From an uncultured bacterium (GTDB taxonomy: Bacteria > CAYMEV01), in assembly GCA_964431655.1 (NCBI GenBank), contig CAYSKJ010000003.1, forward strand, positions 1-52,814: a stretch of 52,814 nt of DNA, in the 5' to 3' direction. Under the pieces are notes generated by a model. The model worked only from the letters and a program-made list of their open reading frames with translations, was not told where the DNA came from and searched no databases. Both the position numbers and the translations under genes were made by a program. Below are positions 1-8,913 of the stretch, piece by piece (the first letter of the stretch is position 1; each line of letters starts with the position of its first letter).

Positions 1-310
1 AACTGCCGTATTTTCCGGTTCTTGTCTTTATCAATCCGACCGGGATCCCCTGGTTTTCATCATTGGTGTAAAAGTAAGGCCCGTTTATAGCGAACATAGT
101 ATTTATATCCCATGATTTGTCTATGTAATGCCTTTTTCTTGCATAATTTATATCTACATAAAAATGTTCAGGGCTGATTTCAAGAATAAGCACCTCACCC
201 CCCTTATACTGGATCAAAATATAACGGAGTCCTGTACCAGCGTAATCCCATTCATTTGCATAGATCATACCTGTCAAAAACAATAGAACTAATGAGACAA
301 TATTTCTCAT
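1..310 (-). CDS. Secreted protein, possibly phosphodiester glycosidase (NAGPA/DUF2233-like); 3' end runs off the window
   Basis: Not in the ORF track. Manual translation from ATG 310: MRNIVSLVLLFLTGMIYANEWDY...MFAINGPYFYTNDENQGIPVGLIKTRTGKYGS, open to position 1. Signal peptide present; AINGxYF...PxGL resembles the NAGPA-family motif. Confidence 0.6.
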   Translation of the reverse strand, partial: MRNIVSLVLLFLTGMIYANEWDYAGTGLRYILIQYKGGEVLILEISPEHFYVDINYARKRHYIDKSWDINTMFAINGPYFYTNDENQGIPVGLIKTRTGKYGS

Positions 311-577
311 GGAGGTATTTTATCAAAATATTATGAATAAAAAAGCATTTTCTAACCTGAAATGGAGGAAAAGCTATCTGGAAAAGTTGAAGCTATTCTC
401 CTTGAATTGTATGAAGGTTAATTGCAGCCTAAAAATCTCCGTATCATGATTTTTTGAAATACTTAAGAAAATATTAAATAATCATTTACGGCATTTTATC
501 AGCCTGCTGAGTGTAAAAAAAAGTTGAATCCAATAATATGTCCCTAACCTTCTATGTGTAAATATAATAAAAGATTA

Positions 578-1264
578 CTATTTAAGGCCTTTTTGGAGCC
601 TGTTTGAGACCTCCTGCCAGTTGATAACATTCCAGAAGGCTTCAATATAACTGCCCCTCTGGTTCTGGTATTTAAGGTAATAAGCATGTTCCCAGACATC
701 AAGTCCCAGAATCGGAACGCCTTTTTTATCGCTTATGTCCATAACTGGATTATCCTGGTTTGCTGTTGAGGTTATGAACAATTTTCCATTGTTATCAACG
801 CATAACCATGCCCATCCACTGCCGAACCTGCTCAGGGCTGCCTGACTGAATTTTTTCTTGAATTCCTCGAAGGAACCGAAATCTCTGTCAATACTCTCCT
901 TTAGAAGGCCTGTGGGATTACCACCGCCATCAGGTGACATTACCGACCAGAATAATTCATGATTATAATGCCCCCCTGCATTGTTGCGTATAGCTTCAGA
1001 ATAACCGCTGATACCGGATAGTATTTTCTCAATGCTTCTGCCTTCAAGCTCAGTTCCTTCCAGTGCCTTGGAAAGATTGTTGAAATATCCCCGGTGATGG
1101 CGGTCATAGTGTATTTCCATTGTTCTGGCGTCAATGTGGGGTTCAAGGGCATCAAATCCATAAGGCAATGGTCTGAACTCAAGGGCAGATTCTACTGCTC
1201 CCGTGCCGGCAAAAGAAACAAGGGAGCATAACAAAACAGCTATCACCCGTATTATTGCTTTCAT
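578..1264 (-). CDS. sodA: Fe/Mn superoxide dismutase (Mn-type signature) with N-terminal signal peptide
   Basis: [53 protein letters not shown]; AGGAGG SD upstream. Confidence 0.95.
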   Translation of the reverse strand: MKAIIRVIAVLLCSLVSFAGTGAVESALEFRPLPYGFDALEPHIDARTMEIHYDRHHRGYFNNLSKALEGTELEGRSIEKILSGISGYSEAIRNNAGGHYNHELFWSVMSPDGGGNPTGLLKESIDRDFGSFEEFKKKFSQAALSRFGSGWAWLCVDNNGKLFITSTANQDNPVMDISDKKGVPILGLDVWEHAYYLKYQNQRGSYIEAFWNVINWQEVSNRLQKGLK

Positions 1265-1521
1265 CTTATAAAATCCCCTCCTTTAAGGTAAGATTGGCCC
1301 AGGGGAATATATCCCCTTCATGGTTATTATAATACCTATAATGAAATGATGACAGGAAAATCTTATAACATATCTGCTGTGAATTGTTATATTGTCTTAA
1401 AAAACCCAAAGAAGGAGACAGTATGAAAATTATTATAAATTTTAACTGAAGATCTTTTAATAAGCTGGGATAGAACGTATCTGGCAAAATTATAATAAAA
1501 TCTTGTGAATGGTTTTAAATC

Positions 1522-1549
1522 TTGAAAACTAAGAAATTATCTGTAATAT
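1522..1549 (+). promoter_or_regulatory. Putative sigma70 promoter of the oxidoreductase operon
   Basis: TTGAAA-16 nt-TAATAT, about 30 nt upstream of ATG 1582. Confidence 0.45.
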
Positions 1550-1581
1550 CTTTTTAATCAATTTTCTTTACGGAGAGCTGT

Positions 1582-3660
1582 ATGCATAGAGTTAAAAATC
1601 ACCCGATACTGAAAGAAACTTCAAAGGATAACTTTATAGATTTTTTCTTTAACGGCCAGGTTATGAGGGCAAGACCAGGCGAGATGATATCATCCGCCCT
1701 GTTTGCAAATGGAGTCCATACCTTCAGGAAACACAAAAAAGACAAGAGTCCCCAGGGAATTTTCTGCGCAAACGGCCAATGCGCCCAGTGCCTGGTGCTG
1801 GTTGACGGCCTTCCCCAGAAGGCCTGCATTACACCGGTAAAAGATGGAATGCGTGTGGAATCCCTTGAAGATGTCCCATGCATTCTTCCGGTTGATGAAA
1901 AAAAGGAGATAAAGACCTCTGATATAAGGGAGAAAGAAGTTGATGTCCTTATCATAGGAGGAGGTCCTGCAGGCCTTAGTGCAGCCATAGAGCTGGGCAA
2001 AAAAAACATAAAGGTTCTAGTGGTGGATGATAAGGAAAAGCTGGGAGGAAAGCTTGTACTTCAGACACACCAGTTTTTCGGCTCTATAAAGGATTGTTAT
2101 GCCGGAACCAGGGGGATAGATATTGGAACAATCCTTACAGAAAAGATTAAGCAGTACAGTACCGTAGAGATATATCTTGAGTCCAATGCCATAGGTATCT
2201 ATGAGGATAAAAAGGTAGGTGTAATTCGAAGAGATGAATATCTCCTGATAAAGCCCAAAGTTCTGCTGAACACAGCGGGAGCCAGGGAGAAGGCCATTGC
2301 CTTCCCGGGCTGTGCACTGCCTGGTGTTTACGGCGCCGGAGCCTTTCAGACTCTGGTCAACAGGGACCTGATTAAGACATCGGAGAGGATATTTGTGATA
2401 GGGGGCGGAAATGTGGGCCTTATTGCTGCCTATCACGCTATTCAGGCCGGCATGACCGTAGTTGGTCTGGTTGAGGCACTTCCGGAATGCAGCGGTTATT
2501 ATGTCCACAGCTCAAAGCTGAAGAGGCTGGGAGTTCCGGTTTATACACAGCACACGGCAATCAGTGTTAACGGAAAAGATAAGGCTGAAAGCATAACCAT
2601 AGCAGAAATTGATAAGAATTTCAAGCCTGTTGCAGGAACTGAGAAAACTTTCTTCTGTGATACGGTTCTTATCTCCGTGGGATTGACGCCCATAGACGAA
2701 TTTACTGAAAATGGAAAGAGGCTGGGCATACCAACCTTTTCTTCAGGGGATGCCCATGAAATAGCTGAGGCATCAGCAGCCATGTTCGGCGGCAGGCTTT
2801 CAGGCCTTGAAATATTGAAATTTCTTGGTCATGATATACCTTCCATTGGAGAGCTCAGGGAAAAGCAAAAGATACTTTCCCTAAGGCCCCAGAAAAGGCA
2901 TCAATATATGCCCAGATTTCATAAAGACCTTAAAGTATTTCCGGTTATTCACTGTATTGAGGAGATACCTTGCAATCCATGCATTTCCGTGTGTCCTATG
3001 AACAGCATTATGCTCAATGAAGTGCGCAAAGATATTCTTGATCTGCCTGTATTTGGAGGCGACTGCTCAGGGTGTGCAAAATGCGTGCTCATATGCCCGG
3101 GACTTGCTGTGACCCTGATTGACACAAGGAAAAGCCCTGAAGGCTATGTTCATCTGACAGTCCCCTTCGAGGTAAACCCTGCTTTTACCGTAGGAGACCA
3201 TGTTCATGCTGTTGATATTGACGGGAATATACTTGCCAGGGCTGAAGTTACCGCGATAAAGGACAGGAAAAGCCAGGACAGAAGGCTTCTTGTTACTCTT
3301 CTTGTACCTGAGGACCTTTCTCATTGTATTGTGGGTATTATGGTTCAGGACAAGGCCAGTCTTGAGATGCCGGTAGAAGCAATGAAGGAATTTGTGGATG
3401 ATGATACGGTAATATGCAGGTGCGAGCGTGTCACAGCGGGGGAGATAAGAAAATTGATAAGGGAGGGAATTACGGACCTCAACCAGCTGAAAGCCATAAG
3501 GGTAGGCATGGGGGCATGCGGAGGCAGGACATGCTATGACCTTGTCATCAGACTGCTCAGGAGCGAGGGTGTGGATGTAAAGGAGAAGCCGAGGGTAAGG
3601 CCTGTATATTCTGAAACACCTCTTTCCATGTTTGCCGGTATTAAAGGAGAAGATAAATGA
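1582..3660 (+). CDS. Fused Fe-S flavoprotein, sarcosine oxidase alpha/dye-linked proline dehydrogenase alpha-like (2Fe-2S + FAD/NAD Rossmann + 2x4Fe-4S + BFD-like 2Fe-2S)
   Basis: GIFCANGQCAQC..AC (2Fe-2S); GGGPAG and GGGNVG Rossmann motifs; C..EIPCNPC...CP and CSGCAKCVLICP; ICRCERVT..GMGACGGRTC. Confidence 0.88.
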   Translation: MHRVKNHPILKETSKDNFIDFFFNGQVMRARPGEMISSALFANGVHTFRKHKKDKSPQGIFCANGQCAQCLVLVDGLPQKACITPVKDGMRVESLEDVPCILPVDEKKEIKTSDIREKEVDVLIIGGGPAGLSAAIELGKKNIKVLVVDDKEKLGGKLVLQTHQFFGSIKDCYAGTRGIDIGTILTEKIKQYSTVEIYLESNAIGIYEDKKVGVIRRDEYLLIKPKVLLNTAGAREKAIAFPGCALPGVYGAGAFQTLVNRDLIKTSERIFVIGGGNVGLIAAYHAIQAGMTVVGLVEALPECSGYYVHSSKLKRLGVPVYTQHTAISVNGKDKAESITIAEIDKNFKPVAGTEKTFFCDTVLISVGLTPIDEFTENGKRLGIPTFSSGDAHEIAEASAAMFGGRLSGLEILKFLGHDIPSIGELREKQKILSLRPQKRHQYMPRFHKDLKVFPVIHCIEEIPCNPCISVCPMNSIMLNEVRKDILDLPVFGGDCSGCAKCVLICPGLAVTLIDTRKSPEGYVHLTVPFEVNPAFTVGDHVHAVDIDGNILARAEVTAIKDRKSQDRRLLVTLLVPEDLSHCIVGIMVQDKASLEMPVEAMKEFVDDDTVICRCERVTAGEIRKLIREGITDLNQLKAIRVGMGACGGRTCYDLVIRLLRSEGVDVKEKPRVRPVYSETPLSMFAGIKGEDK

Positions 3661-4811
3661 GAAACAATTATGATATAATCATAATAGGCGCCGGCAGTGT
3701 CGGTACTCCCCTTTCCTGCGAGCTGGCCTCGGCAGGGTTTAAGGTTTGTGTTATTGAAAAAGAGGCATCATTCGGCCAGGGCGAGAATAAGGCAGCTATC
3801 GGTGGAATACGGGCCACCCACACAGAAGAGGCCAAGATCTATATCTGCCAGGAATCTCTGGTATTATTCTCCACCTGGCAGGAAAAATACGGGGATGATA
3901 TAGGCTGGAAAAGGGGGGGCTATACCTATCCGGTGTATGACAGGAAGCTTGAGAACACTCTTAAAAATCAGGTCAGTCTTCAGAAGGGATACGGGCTTAA
4001 TATAGATTATATTGATAAAGAAGGTATTTTATCTCTTATCCCCCAGATAAAATCGGAAGGCCTTCTCGGAGGGACCTATTCTCCTGAAGACGGGAGCGCC
4101 AGTCCGATACAGTCAGCAGTTGCTTTCTATAAAAGGGCAAGGCATCTGGGGGTATCCTTTGTATTCAATGAAGCGGTGAAATCTTTCAGTATTGAAAATA
4201 AAAGGATAGTAGCCCTTAATACAGACAGGGCCAGCTATTCATCCGGGTATGTAATAAATGCATCGGGTTCTTATGCCAGGGAGATTGGCACAATGGCAGG
4301 GATAGACCTTCCTGTTGTCTCCGATTGCCATGAAGCCGGCATTACTGAACCTGTGCGGTGTTTCTTCAGACCTATGGTAGTGGATATGAGAAAAACAAAA
4401 GATTCGAGCAATTTTTATTTTTATCAGTCAGAAACCGGACAGATAGTTTTCTGTATTACTCCGGACCCGCCGGTTTACGGGATCAACAATAAAAGCTCTT
4501 CGGTTTTTCTTCCCATGGTCTCAAAAAGGATGATTGAGCTCTATCCGAGGCTGAAAAACATCAGGGTAAGAAGGGTATGGCGGGGGCAGTATCCCAATAC
4601 CCCCGACGGCTTTCCTATTATTGATTTCAATGATGAGATAGAAAATCTGATAAATGCTGTAGGCATGTGCGGCCAGGGTTTTATGATGGGACCGGGTATA
4701 GCCGGAACCATAAGCAGAAAACTTCAAGGCAAGGCTGACCAGAAGGATGATGTAATTATCCGCAGGCTCAGGCTTGACAGGGACTTTTCCGGCAAAGAGG
4801 AATTTAAATAG
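3657..4811 (+). CDS. FAD-dependent amino-acid oxidoreductase (DAO/SoxB/proline dehydrogenase beta family)
   Basis: IIIGAGSVG, AAIGGIR, TPDGFPII, GMCGQGFMMGP; ATGA overlap with the upstream gene. Confidence 0.9.
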   Translation: MRNNYDIIIIGAGSVGTPLSCELASAGFKVCVIEKEASFGQGENKAAIGGIRATHTEEAKIYICQESLVLFSTWQEKYGDDIGWKRGGYTYPVYDRKLENTLKNQVSLQKGYGLNIDYIDKEGILSLIPQIKSEGLLGGTYSPEDGSASPIQSAVAFYKRARHLGVSFVFNEAVKSFSIENKRIVALNTDRASYSSGYVINASGSYAREIGTMAGIDLPVVSDCHEAGITEPVRCFFRPMVVDMRKTKDSSNFYFYQSETGQIVFCITPDPPVYGINNKSSSVFLPMVSKRMIELYPRLKNIRVRRVWRGQYPNTPDGFPIIDFNDEIENLINAVGMCGQGFMMGPGIAGTISRKLQGKADQKDDVIIRRLRLDRDFSGKEEFK

Positions 4812-4821
4812 GGAGTAATAA

Positions 4822-5043
4822 ATGAGCGATATTTATACGATCATATCCGAAGTACTGGGCATACCTGCCGGTGAACTCAGAAAAGAGGATGATGTAAAGG
4901 ATGAACTTGGAGCTGACTCCATAGACATGGTGGATATCCTTGACAGGATTGAATCTGCCTTCGGTATTCACATACCGGATAGCGAAGCACCTAAACTGAA
5001 AACGATCCAGGATTTTGAAAATTATATAGGGAATCATAGCTGA
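4822..5043 (+). CDS. Acyl carrier protein
   Basis: 73 aa, acidic; LGADSIDMV phosphopantetheine Ser motif; FGIHIPD; GGGAG SD. Confidence 0.92.
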   Translation: MSDIYTIISEVLGIPAGELRKEDDVKDELGADSIDMVDILDRIESAFGIHIPDSEAPKLKTIQDFENYIGNHS

Positions 5044-5050
5044 TCTACCG

Positions 5051-6457
5051 GTGACTGATCTTCATAAAGTGCTTTCTTGCGCTGTTAAGGAGTATTCTTC
5101 AAAAATATTTATTTTTGACAGCAGGACGCGGATAAAATACGAACAGCTTCCGACCATAATAGGCAATATCTATGAAATTTTAAAGGAATCAGGCCTTGAA
5201 AAGGGTGATATTGCAGGTGTAAGCATGCCAAGAGGTCCACTACTTGCCCTGGTATATCTGACCTGCTTCTTTGCAGGTATTACTGCCCTGCCTGTTTCAG
5301 CTGAAAGGCCGTTTACTGGTATGTTATTCCCCGGATTTCCCGTAAAAAGGATTATCTCTGACAAAAATACTATTTACGGGTATATAAACCTGTCCGGTCA
5401 TGATTTATTCAGAAGGCATAAAAAGGGGCTTCCTGAAATTTATACCAGATCCGGTGACACAGTTTATCTTAACCTTACTTCCGGGACTACCAGCAATCCT
5501 AAAGCTGCAAGATGTGATTTCTCAGGAATTTATTATAATACAGACAGTGTTATAGATTACTTCGGCTTTGACCATAACGATACACATCTTTGCATGTTTC
5601 CTGCTCATCTTCATCCCCATGAGTTTTTTATAAGACCTTTGATGACTGGAGGCAGTGCATTTATTCCGGAAAACCTTCTGCCCCGTGATATCCCCTTTGC
5701 TCTTGAAGCAAACAGGATAACAGCCCTGATGGCTACTCCGGCTGTGCAGAAAGCCATGATAGAGTTCTCCCGGGCTCCAAAACAGAGCTATCGCTTTACA
5801 GGGCTTTTTGAGGCGGGAGGGATGATAACCGATATCTCTCTGAGGAGGGTCTTTCCTAAAAAGACAGGAAGGGATATTACACCGGTATGGGGAAGTACTG
5901 AAACGCTGGGGGTATCCCTTGCACTTGACCCTGAAATGCCTATGGAGCCCAACCTTATAGGTTCACCAATAAAAGGTTATGATATCTGTAAAAAGCCCCT
6001 TGAGGACGGCTCAGAGGAAGGTATTATGATAATAAAGGGCAGGGGGCTGATGAAGGGATATTTTTCAGGAACAGATATAGGCGGGTCTTTTGAAACAGGA
6101 GATATCGTCCTGATTGATGACAATAGTGTTTATTTCCTTGGCCGGGTGGATAAAATGATTAAAAAGGGCGGAATGAGAATATACCCCGAGGAATTGTCCA
6201 GCAGGATTGACAAACTTGGCTTTGTGAAAGAATCTGCTGTATTACCTGTAGATCACACCATTTATGGCAAGGATATAGTTCTTTTCCTGGTACTTGAAAA
6301 AAAGCTTACAATAAAGGAGATAAAAAAAGCACTCCTGATGAATCTTGAACAGCATGAGATACCCCATTCAATAAAAATAATGGACAGTATTCCCCGTTAT
6401 TCTTCAGGAAAGATCAATTATAATGATTTGAAAGACAGTTTGCAGGAACCTGAGTAA
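5051..6457 (+). CDS. Adenylate-forming enzyme (class I acyl/aminoacyl-AMP ligase)
   Basis: TSGTTSNPK, WGSTET, ETGD, GRVDKMIKKGG, PRYSSGK motifs; GTG start 7 nt after the ACP stop. Confidence 0.88.
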   Translation: MTDLHKVLSCAVKEYSSKIFIFDSRTRIKYEQLPTIIGNIYEILKESGLEKGDIAGVSMPRGPLLALVYLTCFFAGITALPVSAERPFTGMLFPGFPVKRIISDKNTIYGYINLSGHDLFRRHKKGLPEIYTRSGDTVYLNLTSGTTSNPKAARCDFSGIYYNTDSVIDYFGFDHNDTHLCMFPAHLHPHEFFIRPLMTGGSAFIPENLLPRDIPFALEANRITALMATPAVQKAMIEFSRAPKQSYRFTGLFEAGGMITDISLRRVFPKKTGRDITPVWGSTETLGVSLALDPEMPMEPNLIGSPIKGYDICKKPLEDGSEEGIMIIKGRGLMKGYFSGTDIGGSFETGDIVLIDDNSVYFLGRVDKMIKKGGMRIYPEELSSRIDKLGFVKESAVLPVDHTIYGKDIVLFLVLEKKLTIKEIKKALLMNLEQHEIPHSIKIMDSIPRYSSGKINYNDLKDSLQEPE

Positions 6458-6492
6458 GTATAGTTTATATTTAACTTTATGATTAATACCAT

Positions 6493-6520
6493 TTGACTTT
6501 TCAGACAAGCGGTGTATTGT
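6493..6520 (+). promoter_or_regulatory. Putative sigma70 promoter
   Basis: TTGACT-16 nt-TATTGT upstream of the YidB-like gene. Confidence 0.45.
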
Positions 6521-6550
6521 TTACTATATCTTTACCAGAGGGAGGTAAAT

Positions 6551-6958
6551 ATGGGTTTATTAGATTCTTTAATGGGTTCAATAAAGGGCGGAGGCAAAAA
6601 AACCGACAACCAGATGGTGGATATAGTTACGCAGATGTTGGGTAATCCCGAGATCGGAGGTATTCAGGGTCTTGTCAAGTCATTCCAGGAAGGGGGCCTT
6701 GGAGAACAGGTTATGTCCTGGATCAGCAAGGGTAAGAATCTGCCCATATCTGCTGATCAGATAATGAAGGTATTGTCAAGGGACAGGATTACGGATATAG
6801 CAAAAAAGCTGAACATTTCAGAAAAATCTGCAGCAGCAAAGCTGAAAAGCATACTTCCTGATGTAATAGACAGGCTTACACCCGATGGAGATGTCCCGGA
6901 TGGAGACATGCTTTCAAAGGGAATAGATATGCTGAAAGGCGGCCTGTTCCGCAAATAG
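6551..6958 (+). CDS. YidB/DUF937 family protein
   Basis: MGLLDSL..GGIQGLV..FQ.GGLG..V.SWI..G.N.PISADQ..LP..ID.LTPDG; start reassigned to ATG 6551 after GGAGG. Confidence 0.85.
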   Translation: MGLLDSLMGSIKGGGKKTDNQMVDIVTQMLGNPEIGGIQGLVKSFQEGGLGEQVMSWISKGKNLPISADQIMKVLSRDRITDIAKKLNISEKSAAAKLKSILPDVIDRLTPDGDVPDGDMLSKGIDMLKGGLFRK

Positions 6959-6972
6959 AAAAATACTAAAAT

Positions 6973-6999
6973 ATAAGGGAGGCTTCATGCCTCTCTTAT
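6973..6999 (+). terminator. Stem-loop after the YidB-like gene (probable terminator)
   Basis: ATAAGGGAGGC-TTCAT-GCCTCTCTTAT, an 11-bp stem with one G-U pair; weak U tail. Confidence 0.5.
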
Positions 7000-7079
7000 C
7001 CATAAATTATCATACACTGCCAAAAAAAAGATTTTGCTGGATTATTTTTTTACCCAAAGTATAATTCAGGCCTGTTGAT

Positions 7080-7170
7080 GGAGAGGTGGCCGAGCTGGCC
7101 TAAGGCGCTCGACTCGAAATCGAGTAGACAGTGATGAGCTGTCTCGTGGGTTCGAATCCCACCCTCTCCG
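7080..7170 (+). tRNA. tRNA-Ser(CGA); CCA not encoded
   Basis: Acceptor GGAGAGG/CCTCTCC with discriminator G; anticodon arm CTCGA-CT-CGA-AA-TCGAG; long variable arm AGACAG/CTGTCT; GGTTCGAATCC T-loop. Confidence 0.97.
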
Positions 7171-7176
7171 TTATTA

Positions 7177-7869
7177 TCAAATATTCAGGAATAATCTTAT
7201 ATAGTAGTACAGGGCAGGCATAAATACACTGGGGAGCATATTTCCCACCCTGAGCCTGTGGTTTGAGGCCATGGAAAAACCAAGACCTGTTATAAGCAGT
7301 CCGCCGGTTGCTGACATCTGAATTACAACTGTCTCATTCAGGACATGGGTTAAGACCCCTGCCAACAGGGTGATAGAACCCTGGTAGACAAAGACTGAGA
7401 CCGCTGAAAAGACAACCCCGATCCCAAGAGTGGAAGCAAGAACGACGGATATAATACCGTCAAGAACCGATTTGGCATACAGTATGTCATGATTGTTCTC
7501 AAGTCCGCTTTCCAGTGAACCCATCACAGCCATAGCACCAACGCAGTAAAGAAGGCTTGCTGTTACAAAGCCTCTGCTGAAGGTAGAATCTTTCCGGGAA
7601 AACCGTTTTTCCAGTGTATTTCCAATTGATTCCAGTCTACCTTCAATATTTATGCTTTCCCCTAAAAAAGAGCCTATGACAATGAAGAAAATGATCTCAA
7701 CTGTAAAATCCAGGCCTTTCATGGCTCCCCCAAGACCTATGAAAATGACACAAAGCCAGACACCCTGGATTATTGTCTGGTTCATCCTTTCTTTAATACC
7801 GCCCTTTAAAATAAGGCCGGCCAGGCCCCCGATGATTATTGAAACAGCATTTACCACAGTGCCGAGCAT
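7177..7869 (-). CDS. DUF554 family membrane protein (YqgA/YdfK-like)
   Basis: MLGTVVNAVSII.GG, GFVTASLLYCVGAMA.MGS, LYAKSVLDG, VYQG, NMLP. Confidence 0.9.
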   Translation of the reverse strand: MLGTVVNAVSIIIGGLAGLILKGGIKERMNQTIIQGVWLCVIFIGLGGAMKGLDFTVEIIFFIVIGSFLGESINIEGRLESIGNTLEKRFSRKDSTFSRGFVTASLLYCVGAMAVMGSLESGLENNHDILYAKSVLDGIISVVLASTLGIGVVFSAVSVFVYQGSITLLAGVLTHVLNETVVIQMSATGGLLITGLGFSMASNHRLRVGNMLPSVFMPALYYYIRLFLNI

Positions 7870-7983
7870 TTTTTCCCCCTGCCAGTTGAATTAAATGACA
7901 ATCGCATAATCATGCTTAAAGTCAACAATTAAAATCAGATATCTTGTATAATGCTGATATGATTCTTTTTAAAAGAGAAGTCA

Positions 7984-8430
7984 ATGTTTATCCATTTTGT
8001 CTTGCTTTCCGGTTTTATTCCCCTGATATACGGGGCAGGCCTTCCAGTGGACGGATCAAGCGCCCTGGTAAAAAAGCTGAATATTCCTGATATTGTAATT
8101 GGTCTTACAATTGTATCTTTCGGTACATCATCACCGGAGCTTATTGTAAATATATTTGCCTCAGTTTGAGGAAAATATGATATAGTTGCCGGAAATATAA
8201 CAGGGAGCAATATCTTTAATGTCTTCTTTATCTTTTGAGTTTTATCCTGCATAAGAACAAGCCAGATCATTCCTGGGGCCAGTTTTGATATTGATGTAAT
8301 TATTTTTGCAGGTATGCTGGTATTTTTAATCATCTTTGCCGGGATGGGCAGTATGCCTGAATTATGTGAAGGAATCGTGATGGTTTTATTTTATCTTGTA
8401 AACATTTAGGTGCTGACGGTTGCCCGTTAA
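7984..8430 (+). pseudogene. Decayed calcium/sodium antiporter (YrbG/CaCA family)
   Basis: IGLTIVSFGTSSPEL and GNITGSNIFN alpha-repeat motifs in one frame, interrupted by TGA 8167, TGA 8236 and TAG 8407; about half the normal length. Confidence 0.85.
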
Positions 8431-8456
8431 ATAAAGACATGAAGAGTTATAAAATA

Positions 8457-8825
8457 TCAGAGCTTTTTCTTTATTACTCCGATACCCAGCACCAGGGCTC
8501 CAGCGCAGGAAGAACCTGTTACAATGCGGTCAAATCCGCTCAGGGCCACGGAACTCCAGCGGAATAAAGAACCCAGATAGATAGATGGGACCATTATCAT
8601 CCATACCGCCAGGATTACCAGTAAACCATGTTTAATTCTGAAATAACAGCAGAATATCAGCTGAGCAAGCAGAAATAATATCCCAAGGGGCCACTTAAAC
8701 AGGAAAGCAATTGACGGGATAAACGGCCTGCTTCCTGATCCTGCAGTCCCAAAGACAAGGGCTATTGATACAAGACTTATAAGAATCATTATTTTGGAAA
8801 GGTTTATTTTAATATTTTCATCCAT
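8457..8825 (-). CDS. Hypothetical membrane protein (about 4 TM)
   Basis: 122-aa ORF with alternating hydrophobic segments; fills the space downstream of the large hydrolase. Confidence 0.6.
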   Translation of the reverse strand: MDENIKINLSKIMILISLVSIALVFGTAGSGSRPFIPSIAFLFKWPLGILFLLAQLIFCCYFRIKHGLLVILAVWMIMVPSIYLGSLFRWSSVALSGFDRIVTGSSCAGALVLGIGVIKKKL

Positions 8826-8913
8826 CGCATATAGATGTACACTCCTGTCTTATAATCCCCGCATTACTTACAGCTGCCTGGTTTTGAGGGTTATTAACCG
8901 CCACTCAAAATAT

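Noticed and set aside
1266-1487. 73-aa ORF upstream of sodA
   Set aside because: TTG start, spans AT-rich promoter elements of both divergent units, no motif.
8167-8238. In-frame TGA codons in the antiporter as a sign of TGA recoding (Gly/Trp/Sec)
   Set aside because: The same frame also has a TAG and a large deletion, and many intact genes here end in TGA, including ATGA overlaps; pseudogenisation is simpler.
7935-8333. 132-aa minus-strand ORF
   Set aside because: Antisense to the recognisable antiporter pseudogene; no family features.
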